Shown: positions 9,425 to 20,041, counted from the first letter of the stretch. The stretch: DNA of 64,000 bases from Sulfitobacter sp. (GCA_013002405.1 JABDKA010000057.1:516-64515), one strand, 5' to 3'. The notes: generated from the sequence alone by a model not told the origin. Made by a program: numbers and translations.

Positions 9425-10297
9425 ATGGAGTATGAATTCGACTGGGTAGATGCCTTTACGGATGTGCCTTTCGGCGGCAATGGCTGCGCAGTGGTGCACG
9501 GCGGGGCGGATGTGCCGGATGAGGTCTGTACTGCCTTCGTGCGTGAAACCTCGCTGGTGGAATGTACCTACACCGGACCTTCGGAGATCGCCGATATCCG
9601 GGTGAAATACTATCTCGCCAGCCGCGAAATTCCCTTCGCGGGGCACCCCACGCTCGCCACCGTCGTGGCCTTGCGCCATCGCGGCAAGATCAAGGATGGC
9701 ACCTTGACGCTGGAAACCGGGGCGGGCCTTGTCCCAGTCGAGGTGTCGGGCAACAGGGTGAGCATGACGCAGATTGCCCCGGTCATCGGTGAGGTGGTGC
9801 CGCGGGAAATGGTCGCCGAAGTAGGGAGCATCGCGGCTGAGGAGATTATCCATCCGCCGCGCATCGTCTCAACGGGGCTGCCCTTCTGCATCACGGTGGT
9901 CCGCGACCGCGCTGTGCTGGAGCGCGTTCACCTCAACAGCAAGGCGCTGAATGGTTATTTCGCCCACATCGGCCTGACGGAAACCGATATGCTTGAGCCC
10001 TACTGGATCACCCTTGAAGGGGCGACGGCGGCGGGTGACACATACGCCCGCTTGCTTCTGGCCCCACCCAGTCCGGCGGAAGACCCCTTTACAGGGTCCG
10101 CTACCGGTGCCGCGGCTTCCTACCTCTGGTCCGAGGGACTGATCGAAGGGCCGACCTATGTGGCCGAGCAGGGGCACGGAATGGGCCGTCCCGGGCGGGC
10201 CGAGGTCGAGGTGCTGGGGCCGCGGGAGGCGATCAATGGGGTAAAGGTCAGCGGGCAGGGGGCTGTCGTGATGTCGGGAACGGTGTACCTGCCCTAG
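9425..10297 (+). CDS. PhzF family isomerase
   Basis: VDAFTD.PFGGN, EIPFAGHPT, EDPFTGSA, QGHGMGRP. Confidence 0.92.
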   Translation: MEYEFDWVDAFTDVPFGGNGCAVVHGGADVPDEVCTAFVRETSLVECTYTGPSEIADIRVKYYLASREIPFAGHPTLATVVALRHRGKIKDGTLTLETGAGLVPVEVSGNRVSMTQIAPVIGEVVPREMVAEVGSIAAEEIIHPPRIVSTGLPFCITVVRDRAVLERVHLNSKALNGYFAHIGLTETDMLEPYWITLEGATAAGDTYARLLLAPPSPAEDPFTGSATGAAASYLWSEGLIEGPTYVAEQGHGMGRPGRAEVEVLGPREAINGVKVSGQGAVVMSGTVYLP

Positions 10298-10308
10298 GTG
10301 TCGAAGCG

Positions 10309-10333
10309 CAGCCCCGGATTACGTCCGGGGCTG
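10309..10333. repeat. Palindromic intergenic repeat (CCGGATCAAGTCCGG-like family), probably a bidirectional terminator
   Basis: CAGCCCCGGA-TTACG-TCCGGGGCTG between convergent genes; relatives at 34951, 40633-40706 and 57286. Confidence 0.6.
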
Positions 10334-10342
10334 TAGCACTCG

Positions 10343-12058
10343 TCAGCCCGCGATCAGCCCCATATTTTCCAGCTTCAACAGCACCTGATGCGCGCAGTTA
10401 TCGACCTCAACGTTTTCGGTCTCAAGCCGAAGCTCGGGGCTCTCGGGGACATCGTAAGGGTCCGAGATGCCCGTGAACTCCTTGATCTTGCCCTCCCGCG
10501 CCAGTTTGTAGAGGCCTTTGCGGTCACGTCTCTCACACTCTTCGATGGAAGTGGCGACGTGGACTTCAAGAAAGGCGCCGAACTCTTCGATCTCCTCGCG
10601 CACCGCGCGGCGGGTGGTGGCGTAGGGGGCGATGGGGGCACAGATGGCAATGCCGCCGTTCTTGGTGATTTCCGAGGCCACATAGCCGATGCGGCGGATG
10701 TTCAGATCGCGGTGTTCTTTGGAAAAGCCGAGCTCGGAACTGAGGTTCTTGCGCACGATGTCCCCGTCCAGAAGGGTTACGGGACGGCCGCCCATCTCCA
10801 TCAGCTTGACCATCAGCGCGTTGGCGATTGTGCTTTTGCCGGACCCTGAGAAGCCGGTGAAGAAGACGGTGAAGCCCTGCTGCGACCGGGGCGGCCGGGT
10901 CCGGCGCAGTTCCTTGACCACTTCGGGAAAGGAGAACCATTCGGGGATCTCCAACCCCTCCTGCAGGCGGCGGCGCAGTTCGGTGCCCGAGATGTTGAGG
11001 ATGGTAACGTTGTCCCGGTCCGCGATCTCGTCGCTCGGCTCATACTGGGCGCGCTCCTGGACGTAGACCATGTGTTTGAAGTCCACCATCTCGATGCCCA
11101 TCTCTTCCTGGTGCTCGCGGAAGAGGTCCTGCGCATCGTAGGGGCCATAGAAATCCTCACCCGCGCTGTTCTTGCCCGGCCCGGCGTGATCGCGGCCTAC
11201 GATGAAATGGGTGCAGCCGTGGTTCTTGCGGATCAGGCCGTGCCAGACTGCCTCGCGCGGGCCCGCCATGCGCATGGCAAGGTTCAGCAGGCTCATGTTG
11301 GTGGTGGCGGCGGGGTACTTGTCCAGCACCGCCTCATAACACCGCACGCGGGTGAAATGGTCTACATCGCCGGGCTTGGTCATGCCGACGACGGGGTGAA
11401 TAAGCAGGTTGGCCTGGCTTTCCCGGGCGGCGCGGAAGGTCAGTTCCTGGTGCGCGCGGTGCAGGGGGTTGCGGGTCTGGAAGGCCACCACCTTGCGCCA
11501 GCCGACTTTGCGGAAATAGGCGCGCAGTTCGTTGGGCGTGTCGCGCCGGGCGCGAAAATCGTAGTGCACGGGCTGCTGGATACCGGTGACTGGCCCGCCA
11601 AGATATACCTTGCCCGCCTTATGATGCAGGTAGTTGACCGCCGGGTGCGCAAGATCGTCGGCGCCAAAGACCTTCTCTGCCTCGCGCGCCTTGTCAGGCG
11701 TCCAGCGGTCGGTGACGGTCATGGTGGCCAGGATCACGCCCTCCTGATCGCGCAGGGCGATGTCCTGCCCGATCTCAAGATTGGCGGCAAAGTCCTCGCT
11801 TACATCCAGTGTGATGGGCATGGGCCAGAGCGTCCCGTCGGCAAGGCGCATGGCCTCCACCACGCTGTTGTAATCCGCCTCAGCAAGAAAGCCCTTGAGC
11901 GGGTTGAACCCGCCGTTCATCAAAAGCTCCAGATCGCAGATTTGGCGGGGGGTCAGGTCATGGCTGCTCAGATCGCCGGCCTCAATCTTCATCTTCTGGG
12001 CGGAATCGTAGGAGACGTATAATTCCGGGATTGGTGCCAGGTTACTCAGCATGGTCAT
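10343..12058 (-). CDS. sat-cysC: Bifunctional sulfate adenylyltransferase / adenylylsulfate kinase
   Basis: QTRNPLHRAH, VGRDHAG (ATP sulfurylase); GFSGSGKST, LDGD, TGISDPY (APS kinase). Confidence 0.95.
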   Translation of the reverse strand: MTMLSNLAPIPELYVSYDSAQKMKIEAGDLSSHDLTPRQICDLELLMNGGFNPLKGFLAEADYNSVVEAMRLADGTLWPMPITLDVSEDFAANLEIGQDIALRDQEGVILATMTVTDRWTPDKAREAEKVFGADDLAHPAVNYLHHKAGKVYLGGPVTGIQQPVHYDFRARRDTPNELRAYFRKVGWRKVVAFQTRNPLHRAHQELTFRAARESQANLLIHPVVGMTKPGDVDHFTRVRCYEAVLDKYPAATTNMSLLNLAMRMAGPREAVWHGLIRKNHGCTHFIVGRDHAGPGKNSAGEDFYGPYDAQDLFREHQEEMGIEMVDFKHMVYVQERAQYEPSDEIADRDNVTILNISGTELRRRLQEGLEIPEWFSFPEVVKELRRTRPPRSQQGFTVFFTGFSGSGKSTIANALMVKLMEMGGRPVTLLDGDIVRKNLSSELGFSKEHRDLNIRRIGYVASEITKNGGIAICAPIAPYATTRRAVREEIEEFGAFLEVHVATSIEECERRDRKGLYKLAREGKIKEFTGISDPYDVPESPELRLETENVEVDNCAHQVLLKLENMGLIAG

Positions 12059-12207
12059 GTCGGCCTCTTATTCTCTGTCGGGACCCACGTCCCTTTTTCC
12101 GCGCGGTATGCCGCCGGACTGGGGCGCAAGTCCAGCCAGACTGTGCAAAAAATTCGGAAATTCGTTAACCGGCGCGGAAAGGGCACGGATTTTCGCAGTG
12201 CCACCGC

Positions 12208-13896
12208 TCAGGCGGACCCCCGGTCCAGTTGAGAGAGCTGCCGCGAGAGGTTGTTGGCCTTCAGGACAGCGAGTGTCGCCAGGGGCTCGCTGAGGCCCCG
12301 CAGCTCCAACGCGGTAAATTCATCGGCGGCCACATTCAGCCCTGCGGCAGCCAGCAGAGGGGCCGATATGAAAGCCTGGACCTTGTGTTCCTTGGTCACC
12401 CCTTCAAGGCGGGAAGCCGTGTTGACGGTATCGCCGATCAGGGTGCGCGGTGCCTGCCCGGCCGCGCCGATTTCCCCCAAAACGACATTGCCCAGATGGG
12501 CACCTATGCCGATGGCAACGGTCGGCTGGCCTTCGGCGGCGAGGGTTTCGTTGAAACTGTCGAGCGCCTGGGAAATCCCTTCCACCGCAGCGAGGGCCGC
12601 GCGGGCTGAGCTTTCGGGGCTGTTGGTCTCGAATACTGCCAGAAAACCGTCACCGAGGTACTTGTCGACCGTCCCTCCGTTTGCAGTGACGGCGGGCACG
12701 ACAGCATCGAAGAAACGGTTCAGCAGGAAAACGACGTCGTAGGGCAGCTGCCCCGTTGTACGTGCCGTAAAGCCGCGCATGTCGAGGAATAGAACAGCCA
12801 GCTCCTTTTCCTGTCCCTGGCTGGCATGACCCCGGTCGCGACGGCCATCGGGGCGGAAAACGCGGAAGACGGTGGCCGGACTGTTGGGCCGGATCTGGCA
12901 GGCCAGCCGGGTGTTGGGGCCCGCATTGACCGCCGCAAGGGTGCGCGCCTCGGCCTCGCTTGGTGGATGCAGCAGGTCCGCACCGTCCTCAATTACAACG
13001 CGGCAGGTGGTGCAGCGCCCCCGCCCTCCGCAGAGGGAGGCATGGGGAACGTTGCGCACGCGTGACATCTCCAGCAGTGTCATGCCCTTGGGTGCTGTGA
13101 TGCGCGGCCCGTTCACGTAAGATATCTGGACCGATCGGCGGCGGGCGATGATAAAGCGCACCACGAGGATCAGAATGACTAGTCCAAGGACGACGCCAAA
13201 AACCCAGAGCACCAGGTCGCTGAGCGCGATGAGGGCGAGGAAGGTCTCACGGTCGGGAAAGTTGAAGACTTCGATCATCATCTGGGCCTGATCTGCATCG
13301 GCAAAAGCGGCCTTGATCCGCCGTCCCGCCACGAGAAATCCTGCCAGCGCAAATGCGGGCACCAGGACGGCAAGGCTCACCAGAACCAGTTGCCAGCGCC
13401 GCCACCAGGCCTTGCCCCGCAGCCAGAAGTGCAGACCGATGCAGCCGTGAACCCAGACGATCAGCAAAAGCGCGCTTTGTTTCCAGCCGTCGGCGGTGCC
13501 CCAGATCAGCAGCATGATATAGGCCATCGCATCATTGACGTCGTAAAGTTCATAAGCGGCGCGGGTGTGAGTAATGTGGGCCAAGAGCAGGGCCGGGATG
13601 GTGATGCCCAGGATGACCTGCGCGGCCTCCCAACGTGGCATGCGCAGGGTCCGCCGTCCTGCCAGCCGGGCCAGCGCAAGGCTGATGTGCACCGTGAAGG
13701 CACCGTAGATGATCAGGGTACCGATCAGACTGCGTGTGAATAGCTTTCGCAGGTCCTGCGTGGCGTGCATCAGGTCATTGGAGAAAATGCCCAAGCCGAT
13801 ATTGAGGAAGTGCAGCAGCGCGTAGAGGAACAGGACAAGGCCACTGCCGATCCGCAAACGGGTTGCCCAACTGCCGCGCCACAGGTCTGTCATCAA
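12208..13896 (-). CDS. Membrane adenylate cyclase with His-containing TM domain and 2Fe-2S ferredoxin domain (CyaC-like)
   Basis: TM His residues (LLHFLN, TVHISL, LAHITH, WVHGCIGLH); CGGRGRCTTC..RLAC; cyclase motifs FLDMRGF, KYLGDG, IGDTVNTASRLE. Confidence 0.88.
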   Translation of the reverse strand: MMTDLWRGSWATRLRIGSGLVLFLYALLHFLNIGLGIFSNDLMHATQDLRKLFTRSLIGTLIIYGAFTVHISLALARLAGRRTLRMPRWEAAQVILGITIPALLLAHITHTRAAYELYDVNDAMAYIMLLIWGTADGWKQSALLLIVWVHGCIGLHFWLRGKAWWRRWQLVLVSLAVLVPAFALAGFLVAGRRIKAAFADADQAQMMIEVFNFPDRETFLALIALSDLVLWVFGVVLGLVILILVVRFIIARRRSVQISYVNGPRITAPKGMTLLEMSRVRNVPHASLCGGRGRCTTCRVVIEDGADLLHPPSEAEARTLAAVNAGPNTRLACQIRPNSPATVFRVFRPDGRRDRGHASQGQEKELAVLFLDMRGFTARTTGQLPYDVVFLLNRFFDAVVPAVTANGGTVDKYLGDGFLAVFETNSPESSARAALAAVEGISQALDSFNETLAAEGQPTVAIGIGAHLGNVVLGEIGAAGQAPRTLIGDTVNTASRLEGVTKEHKVQAFISAPLLAAAGLNVAADEFTALELRGLSEPLATLAVLKANNLSRQLSQLDRGSA

Positions 13897-13955
13897 GGCC
13901 CCCTCGTACCCGAGGCCGAGTTTGGGGGGCCTTCAAGGGTGCGTCAAGCCGCGGC

Positions 13956-14960
13956 TCAGGCCTCTTCCTTCACTTCCGCGCCATAGCCAAGCGGCAGGGA
14001 GGTGTCCTTGCCCTCTTCAACGCCGACTTCGGCCAGGAAGCGTTCCGCCTCCAGCGCCGCCTGGCATCCCATACCCGCCGAGGTAATGGCCTGACGGTAC
14101 TGCCAATCGGTGATGTCGCCCGCCGCAAAGACGCCGGGGATGGAGGTCTGCGTCGAGTCGGGCTTGGTCACGACATAACCGCCCATGTGGGTCTCAAGCG
14201 TATCCTTGACCAGCTCATTGGCGGGCGCGTGGCCGATGGCGACGAAGACGCCCTTGCAGGGGATATCGGTAATCTCGCCGGTCTTGGTGTGCTTGACCTT
14301 GATGCCCTCCACACCCAGCGGATTATCGGTGCCGTAGACTTCTTCGAGCGTATGGAACCAGAGCGGTTCGATCTTGGGGTTTTTCATGAGCCGGTCGATC
14401 AGGATCTTTTCCGCGCGCAGCTCATCCCGGCGGTGGACCAGTGTGACCTTGGAGGCGAAGTTGGTCAGGAACAGCGCCTCTTCCACAGCCGTATTGCCAC
14501 CGCCGATCACCACGATTTCCTGGCCGCGGTAGAAGAAGCCGTCACAGGTGGCGCAGGCGGAAACGCCGAAGCCCTTGAACTTCTCCTCGCTCTCCAGGCC
14601 CAGCCACTTGGCGCGGGCGCCGGTGGCGAGGATCACGGCGTCGGCCACGTAGGTGGTGCCGCTGTCGCCCTTGGCGTGGAACGGGCGGGAGGACAGATCA
14701 AGATCGGTGATGATGTCGCCGATGATCTCCGTGCCAACGGCCTTGGCGTGGGCCTCCATCCGGATCATCAGATCGGGGCCCTGAACCTCGGTATCGCCGG
14801 GCCAGTTTTCCACTTCGGTGGTGGTGGTCAGCTGGCCGCCGGGCTCGATTCCCTGCACCAGAATGGGTTCCAGCATAGCGCGGCTTGCGTAGACTGCTGC
14901 CGTGTAGCCCGCAGGGCCGGAGCCGATGATAAGAACCTTGGTCTTGCGTGTCTCGGCCAT
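13956..14960 (-). CDS. trxB: Thioredoxin reductase
   Basis: [31 protein letters not shown]. Confidence 0.97.
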   Translation of the reverse strand: MAETRKTKVLIIGSGPAGYTAAVYASRAMLEPILVQGIEPGGQLTTTTEVENWPGDTEVQGPDLMIRMEAHAKAVGTEIIGDIITDLDLSSRPFHAKGDSGTTYVADAVILATGARAKWLGLESEEKFKGFGVSACATCDGFFYRGQEIVVIGGGNTAVEEALFLTNFASKVTLVHRRDELRAEKILIDRLMKNPKIEPLWFHTLEEVYGTDNPLGVEGIKVKHTKTGEITDIPCKGVFVAIGHAPANELVKDTLETHMGGYVVTKPDSTQTSIPGVFAAGDITDWQYRQAITSAGMGCQAALEAERFLAEVGVEEGKDTSLPLGYGAEVKEEA

Positions 14961-15161
14961 GTGGCGCTCCCCGTTTGAAACCTTGCCTGCCCCCGATATA
15001 GCCCTGCGTCCGCAGCACTTAAACCCCCTGTCGCCGCGCCTGAATGAAGGAGGCTCTCTCGGGCCGGTGGACATTGCTGGAAAGAATCTTGCGCTATCGC
15101 GAAACATTATTGCGCCCAGCCGGAGCGCTGCTATAAGAAACGCAAATTGAAGGGGACATTC

Positions 15162-15662
15162 ATGGCAGGTTCAAGGCTTGATCCGATTGATCGGAAGATT
15201 CTGGCTGAGCTGCAAGCGGACGGACGCATGACCAACGTTGAACTGGCCAAGAGGGTCGGCATTTCTGCACCCCCCTGTCTGCGTCGTGTCCGCACGCTGG
15301 AAGAGCAGGGGTACATCAAAGGCTACCATGCGGATGTGGACGCCCGAGAGTTGGGGTTCGAGGTGCAGGTTTTTGCCATGGTCGGGCTGGCCAGTCAGGC
15401 CGAGACCGATTTAAGTGCCTTTGAAAACAAGTGCAGGGGCTGGCCGCTGGTCCGCGAATGTCACATGCTTAACGGCGAAGTGGATTTCATGCTCAAGTGC
15501 GTGGCACCGGACCTGTCCAGTTTTCAAAGTTTTCTGACGGGCGAATTGTTGACCACACCGAACGTGGAGAGTGTGAAAACAAGCCTGGTCATCCGGGGGG
15601 CCAAGGATGAGCCCGGTGTGCCCTTTGACGTGCTGGAAAAGCGGCTCCAAGTGGCACCCTGA
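15162..15662 (+). CDS. Lrp/AsnC family transcriptional regulator
   Basis: [39 protein letters not shown]. Confidence 0.93.
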   Translation: MAGSRLDPIDRKILAELQADGRMTNVELAKRVGISAPPCLRRVRTLEEQGYIKGYHADVDARELGFEVQVFAMVGLASQAETDLSAFENKCRGWPLVRECHMLNGEVDFMLKCVAPDLSSFQSFLTGELLTTPNVESVKTSLVIRGAKDEPGVPFDVLEKRLQVAP

Positions 15663-15664
15663 CG

Positions 15665-15693
15665 AAAAAGACCCCCGGCGGCGGGCCGGGGGG
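15665..15693 (-). terminator. Intrinsic terminator after the Hint gene
   Basis: CCCCCGGC/GCCGGGGG stem; T-run on the minus strand. Confidence 0.6.
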
Positions 15694-15717
15694 CACGTGG
15701 TCCCTATTTAAGAAGCT

Positions 15718-16509
15718 CTAGACAGCCTCGCGCGGCAACTCCTCCTCCGGCTCGGGCGCGCGCGGGTGGGCGAGTGGACCGAAGTCCGACGCATGGCCGA
15801 TGCGCGGGAACATCGACAGGAACCGGTCGCGCATGGACTGTGATACGGACCGTATTGCCTGAGCGCCGGGATGAAAGGTCTCCATTTCCAGCCCGTTAAC
15901 ACGGATCGCAGCATGGCGGGTCAGACAGATGTGGAAAAGGCGCACGGGTGTTGGGGGCGTCACTTCGATCACGTTCACACCATCCACAAGATCGTGCACC
16001 GGCGTGAGCAGCCGGGTCTCACCGGCCTCGGCGCGCAGGTGGTGGGGGGTGTGCAGCACGCGGGCGCCCGGGCCCACGGTGATGAAGGAAGAAGGACGTC
16101 CTTCACCGAAGCTGTCAGTCATGATGCGAACCAGGGGCAGGCGGCGGCCCGTATCGGCAGGCACGAAGCTGCTGGAGCCAACCCAGACCAGCTGCGCCGG
16201 TTGACCCGTCGAGGTATTGATCATGTCACCGGGTTGCAGATCCTCTACGGCCACGTCGCCGTGGGCCGTCTGAATGACGGTGCCGCGCGCGAAGGCACTG
16301 AAGGCGGATTCGAACAGCGGCAGCGCGGGCGCGCGGTCCTGACCGATGTAAAGGCTGTCGTCGCTGCGCAGGGCAGCCACTTCGAAACTGCGGGTCGGCA
16401 TCTGTGCCGCGGGTCTGGTCATGTTCGGTGCGGTCCTGGCAAAGCCGAAGCCGCTGTCGTCGGGCGTTGGTTTCAAATGGCGCGAGGCCGTGGCAGCATC
16501 CAGTGTCAT
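15718..16509 (-). CDS. Standalone Hint (BIL/Hint_2-type) domain protein lacking Cys1
   Basis: SAFARGTVIQTAHGDVAVEDLQPGDMINT ... VNGLEMETFHPG; start uncertain (16560 or 16509). Confidence 0.82.
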   Translation of the reverse strand: MTLDAATASRHLKPTPDDSGFGFARTAPNMTRPAAQMPTRSFEVAALRSDDSLYIGQDRAPALPLFESAFSAFARGTVIQTAHGDVAVEDLQPGDMINTSTGQPAQLVWVGSSSFVPADTGRRLPLVRIMTDSFGEGRPSSFITVGPGARVLHTPHHLRAEAGETRLLTPVHDLVDGVNVIEVTPPTPVRLFHICLTRHAAIRVNGLEMETFHPGAQAIRSVSQSMRDRFLSMFPRIGHASDFGPLAHPRAPEPEEELPREAV

Positions 16510-16721
16510 GCGATCACCTTTCCTAAGGGTCACATCCGTGTCGGCCCCCACCGACAACAACGGAAATGGCGTGATGTCATTTCATGTTTGATTAGCCAAA
16601 ATCGCCACGTCGGAGGGTGATTGTCAAAGATTCCAGGACATTAACCACGGGAAACCAGGCAATTTGGTGCCAATTCGCCTTTTTGTTTCCTTAATTTGTG
16701 TGTGCTTGCCACATTTCGGAC

Positions 16722-16770
16722 AAGAAAAAGACCCCGCAGGCGAATCAACGCTTACGGGGTCTTTTGTTTT
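16722..16770 (-). terminator. Intrinsic terminator after the 47-aa small gene
   Basis: AAAAGACCCCG..AGGCG / CGCTT..CGGGGTCTTTT long stem flanked by A/T runs. Confidence 0.7.
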
Positions 16771-16819
16771 CCCAGGAGGAAAACGGCGGGCCCGAAGGCC
16801 CGGATCTGCTGCTAAAGGA

Positions 16820-16963
16820 TCAGGCGGACTTGCGTTCGGCCGTCTGGGCGTTCCGCTTCGCGATGAAGGCGGCCCGGCGAGCGCCGCGAGCCCAAGGCAT
16901 GACGGTCTCTTCTTTGGCGGCCGCTGCGATGACACCCTTGATGAAGCGCTTGTTCGTTTTCAT
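16820..16963 (-). CDS. Small basic hypothetical protein (47 aa)
   Basis: MKTNKRFIKGVIAAAAKEETVMPWARGARRAAFIAKRNAQTAERKSA; SD-like AGAGGA just upstream and its own terminator. Confidence 0.7.
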   Translation of the reverse strand: MKTNKRFIKGVIAAAAKEETVMPWARGARRAAFIAKRNAQTAERKSA

Positions 16964-17250
16964 GGCTCTGATCCTCTGTCTTACTCTCTTGCGGGCGTCT
17001 GCCCTTCGTTGAGAATGAATATGACCAAGCAATCGGGCCGGTTTTGGGCGTTAGAAAAGTTTTTCAGAAAAAATGAAACGTCTCTTTTGACATTTTGTGG
17101 CCAGGCTGCCCCAATCTTGAAAACCCCTTGTTTTGTTGGTGTTTCGCAAGGGTGCATCACCAATCATGCCAAATTGAGGGGGATTGTTTCCAATTCCTGG
17201 GCGCGCATTTGGGCAAATAGGGGGCAGCACTTGCCCCAATTGGGTCAAAT

Positions 17251-18006
17251 TCAAAGCGTGATTGCCGCAATCAGCCGTCCGTAGTCGGCTTCCTTGGCGT
17301 GGGTGGCGCGCCGGTAGGAGAAAAAGCGCGCCTCATCGCTATAGGTACAGTGCCGCGTCCAGGTGGCCTCGCCCACGCCAGCCTGTCTCAGGCGGTAGAG
17401 GCCAAAACCGGGCAGGTCGAATTGCATGCGATCACCCTCGCCTTGCGCGAAAAAGCGGGCGTTCTCCGGATCCTCCGCAATAAAGTCCTCGAAAAACTCC
17501 GGCCCTACCTCGTAGGCGCGCTGGCTGATGCAGGGTCCGATGACCGCGTGGATGTTTCCCCGCTCGGCCCCGAGCGCAACCATCGCGTCGACCGTGGCAT
17601 CCAGGATCCCGTCCAGTGCCCCGCGCCAACCGGCGTGGGCGGCACCAATGACCCCCGCCTCCGCATCGGCGAAAAGAACAGGCTGGCAATCAGCCGTCAG
17701 GATAGACAGGGCAAGCCCCGGACGGTCCGTCACCATTGCGTCGGCCCGGGGTTTTTCTTCCAGGGGGGCGGTCACATGGGCGACCTCTGCTGAATGCACC
17801 TGGTGTACGCCGACCAGATGATCGGGCGTGACACCCATCGCGTCAGCCACGCGTGCGCGGTTGATCTGGACAATTTCCCGCTGATCCGAGCTGCCTTGTC
17901 CGCAATTGAGCCCTGTAAAGACCCCCGAAGATGCGCCGCCCGCGCGGGTGAAGAACCCGTGGCGGACCGGCCCAAGCGTGTCAGAGGTCAGTATCTCTAG
18001 TGTCAT
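17251..18006 (-). CDS. pgeF: YfiH/PgeF family protein
   Basis: HGFFTR.GG.S, QVHS, TADCQPVL, AHAGWRG, GPCI, FFSYRR. Confidence 0.93.
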   Translation of the reverse strand: MTLEILTSDTLGPVRHGFFTRAGGASSGVFTGLNCGQGSSDQREIVQINRARVADAMGVTPDHLVGVHQVHSAEVAHVTAPLEEKPRADAMVTDRPGLALSILTADCQPVLFADAEAGVIGAAHAGWRGALDGILDATVDAMVALGAERGNIHAVIGPCISQRAYEVGPEFFEDFIAEDPENARFFAQGEGDRMQFDLPGFGLYRLRQAGVGEATWTRHCTYSDEARFFSYRRATHAKEADYGRLIAAITL

Positions 18007-19064
18007 GGCTCCAGTCCCGGCGGCGGGTGGCCGCCCGTTGGATAAAGTGCGATCACCTTGAACAGGTTTCCCATTTCGTCCGGGTGCGTCAACCGCCGAT
18101 GCGCGGCAATGTGCTCATTCAGCGCATCCCCCTCAAGGCCGGCTGCCAATGCCTGTGCACGCGGGGTGAGTCCAAGCCGTTCCAGAAAGACCCCCTGCGG
18201 TGTGACCCGGCTGAAGTCGCAGGATTTGGCGGCCTGGGCCAGCGCTTCGAAATCGACGTGAGCGGTCAGATCCGCCTCACCCGGACCGGCAAGCGGGTCG
18301 ACCTTTTCGTGCGCGCGAAGGGCTTGCAGGGTGTCACCCAGGGTGCGCCAATCACCGTAGTCAACAATCAGTGCTGCGCCCCCATCTCTTGCGATCTGAT
18401 CGGCGATCTGCGCCACCAGCGGGGCTAGCGCACTGCTTGCCTCCACCAGATCGCCGTCGCGCGTGTCCCCCAGCCGGTCGGCCAGGGCCGGTTGCGGCTG
18501 CGCGGGGCCCAGGCCGAAGATCAGCTGGCCCTTTTTAACCCCCACGTGCCGCTCTCGCCAGCCGGTGCCCTCCCGCACGAACTGCCGGATCGGCAGGGCA
18601 TCGAAGAATTCGTTGGCGATCAGGAAAAGCGGCTGTTTCGGAAGAGCGTCGAGATCATCGACGTGCGTCATCCGGTGGGCCGAAAGCGTCTCCTTCTGTC
18701 TGTCACGCAGGGCGGGGGAGGCCTCGACCAGAAAGATCTGCGCGGCCTCCACGAAGCCCGGCACCCGCGCCGCGGCCCGCAGGGCATCGGCCATGAGCGT
18801 CCCGCGGCCCGGCCCGAGTTCTGCCAGTGAGAAGGGATTGGGTGCCCCTTGATCAAACCAGGTCTGGGCCAGCGACAGCCCCACCAGTTCCCCGAACATC
18901 TGGCTGATCTCGGGCGCGGTGGTGAAATCTCCAGCTGTCCCGAAGGGATCGCGCGTTGTATAATAGCCCTTCGTCGGGTGCAGCAGGCAGGTCGTCATGT
19001 AATCGTCCAGCCGCATTGGCCCCTCGGCCTGTATCCGCGCGATGATGTCATCCCTCAGGCTCAT
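18003..19064 (-). CDS. SAM-dependent methyltransferase, MidA/NDUFAF7 family
   Basis: [44 protein letters not shown]. Confidence 0.92.
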   Translation of the reverse strand: MSLRDDIIARIQAEGPMRLDDYMTTCLLHPTKGYYTTRDPFGTAGDFTTAPEISQMFGELVGLSLAQTWFDQGAPNPFSLAELGPGRGTLMADALRAAARVPGFVEAAQIFLVEASPALRDRQKETLSAHRMTHVDDLDALPKQPLFLIANEFFDALPIRQFVREGTGWRERHVGVKKGQLIFGLGPAQPQPALADRLGDTRDGDLVEASSALAPLVAQIADQIARDGGAALIVDYGDWRTLGDTLQALRAHEKVDPLAGPGEADLTAHVDFEALAQAAKSCDFSRVTPQGVFLERLGLTPRAQALAAGLEGDALNEHIAAHRRLTHPDEMGNLFKVIALYPTGGHPPPGLEP

Positions 19065-19945
19065 GCCGCCCGCCCGCTCCTCAGGATAAGCATGAGCCCG
19101 ACAAGGATCATCGGCAGGCTGAGGATTTGCCCCATCGTCAGACCCGTTCCTCCGATCTGCCAGGCAAGGCCGAGCGGATTGTCAGCCGTAACGAACTGGG
19201 CATCGGGCTGGCGGACGAACTCCACCGCGAAGCGCGCGAGACCGTAACCCGCAAGGAAGGTCCCGCAGAGCAGACCGGGCCGACGGAAGGCACCCCGCTG
19301 CCAGGCCAGCCAGATCAGGACCGCTCCGAGGATCAGCCCTTCCAGCAGCGCCTCGTACAGCTGGGAAGGGTGGCGCGCGCAGGCACCCACGACCTGCGGA
19401 CAGAATTGTGCGGCATCGCCGGGAAAGACCACGCCCCAGGGCAGATCGGTCGGGCGGCCCCAAAGCTCTGCGTTGATGAAGTTGGCCAGTCGGCCCAGCA
19501 GCAGGCCGGGCGGTATGCCCAGCACGATCAGGTCCGCGGCGCGCAGGCGCGCGATGGCGTGGCGACCGGTATAGATGAAGGCCGCGATGAAGACCCCCAG
19601 CGCCCCGCCGTGAAAGGACATGCCACCCTGCCAGATCTGCAGGATCAGCGCCGGGTTCGATATATAATAGCCAGGCTGATAGAAAAGGACGTAGCCCAGC
19701 CTGCCCCCCAAAATGACGCCAAGGATGACCCAAAAGAGCAGATCCTCGATCTGCTCCGCCGTCATCAAGGGCCGCTCGCCGGGCCAGAGCCGTCGGGTAC
19801 GTACCGCGCGCACGACCAGACGCCAGCCCAGCACAATGCCCACGATATAGGCCAACGCGTACCAGCGCAGCGCCAATTCGAAGCCGAAGACGGTGATGGA
19901 GAAAATCTCGGGATCAATGTCGGGAAAAGGAAGCGCGCCGGTCAT
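19061..19945 (-). CDS. lgt: Prolipoprotein diacylglyceryl transferase
   Basis: [46 protein letters not shown]. Confidence 0.97.
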   Translation of the reverse strand: MTGALPFPDIDPEIFSITVFGFELALRWYALAYIVGIVLGWRLVVRAVRTRRLWPGERPLMTAEQIEDLLFWVILGVILGGRLGYVLFYQPGYYISNPALILQIWQGGMSFHGGALGVFIAAFIYTGRHAIARLRAADLIVLGIPPGLLLGRLANFINAELWGRPTDLPWGVVFPGDAAQFCPQVVGACARHPSQLYEALLEGLILGAVLIWLAWQRGAFRRPGLLCGTFLAGYGLARFAVEFVRQPDAQFVTADNPLGLAWQIGGTGLTMGQILSLPMILVGLMLILRSGRAA

Positions 19946-19980
19946 GCGCCGATTGAGCGCGCCTCGCGCGGGAAGTCAAC

Positions 19981-20009
19981 CTTGCCCAGGCAGCCCTCTG
20001 ACACCATAT
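19981..20009 (+). promoter_or_regulatory. Possible RpoH-type promoter
   Basis: CTTG-N17-CACCATAT upstream of ubiK. Confidence 0.35.
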
Positions 20010-20041
20010 AGAGGCAAACAGCGAAAGCCCGGAGGCCACCG

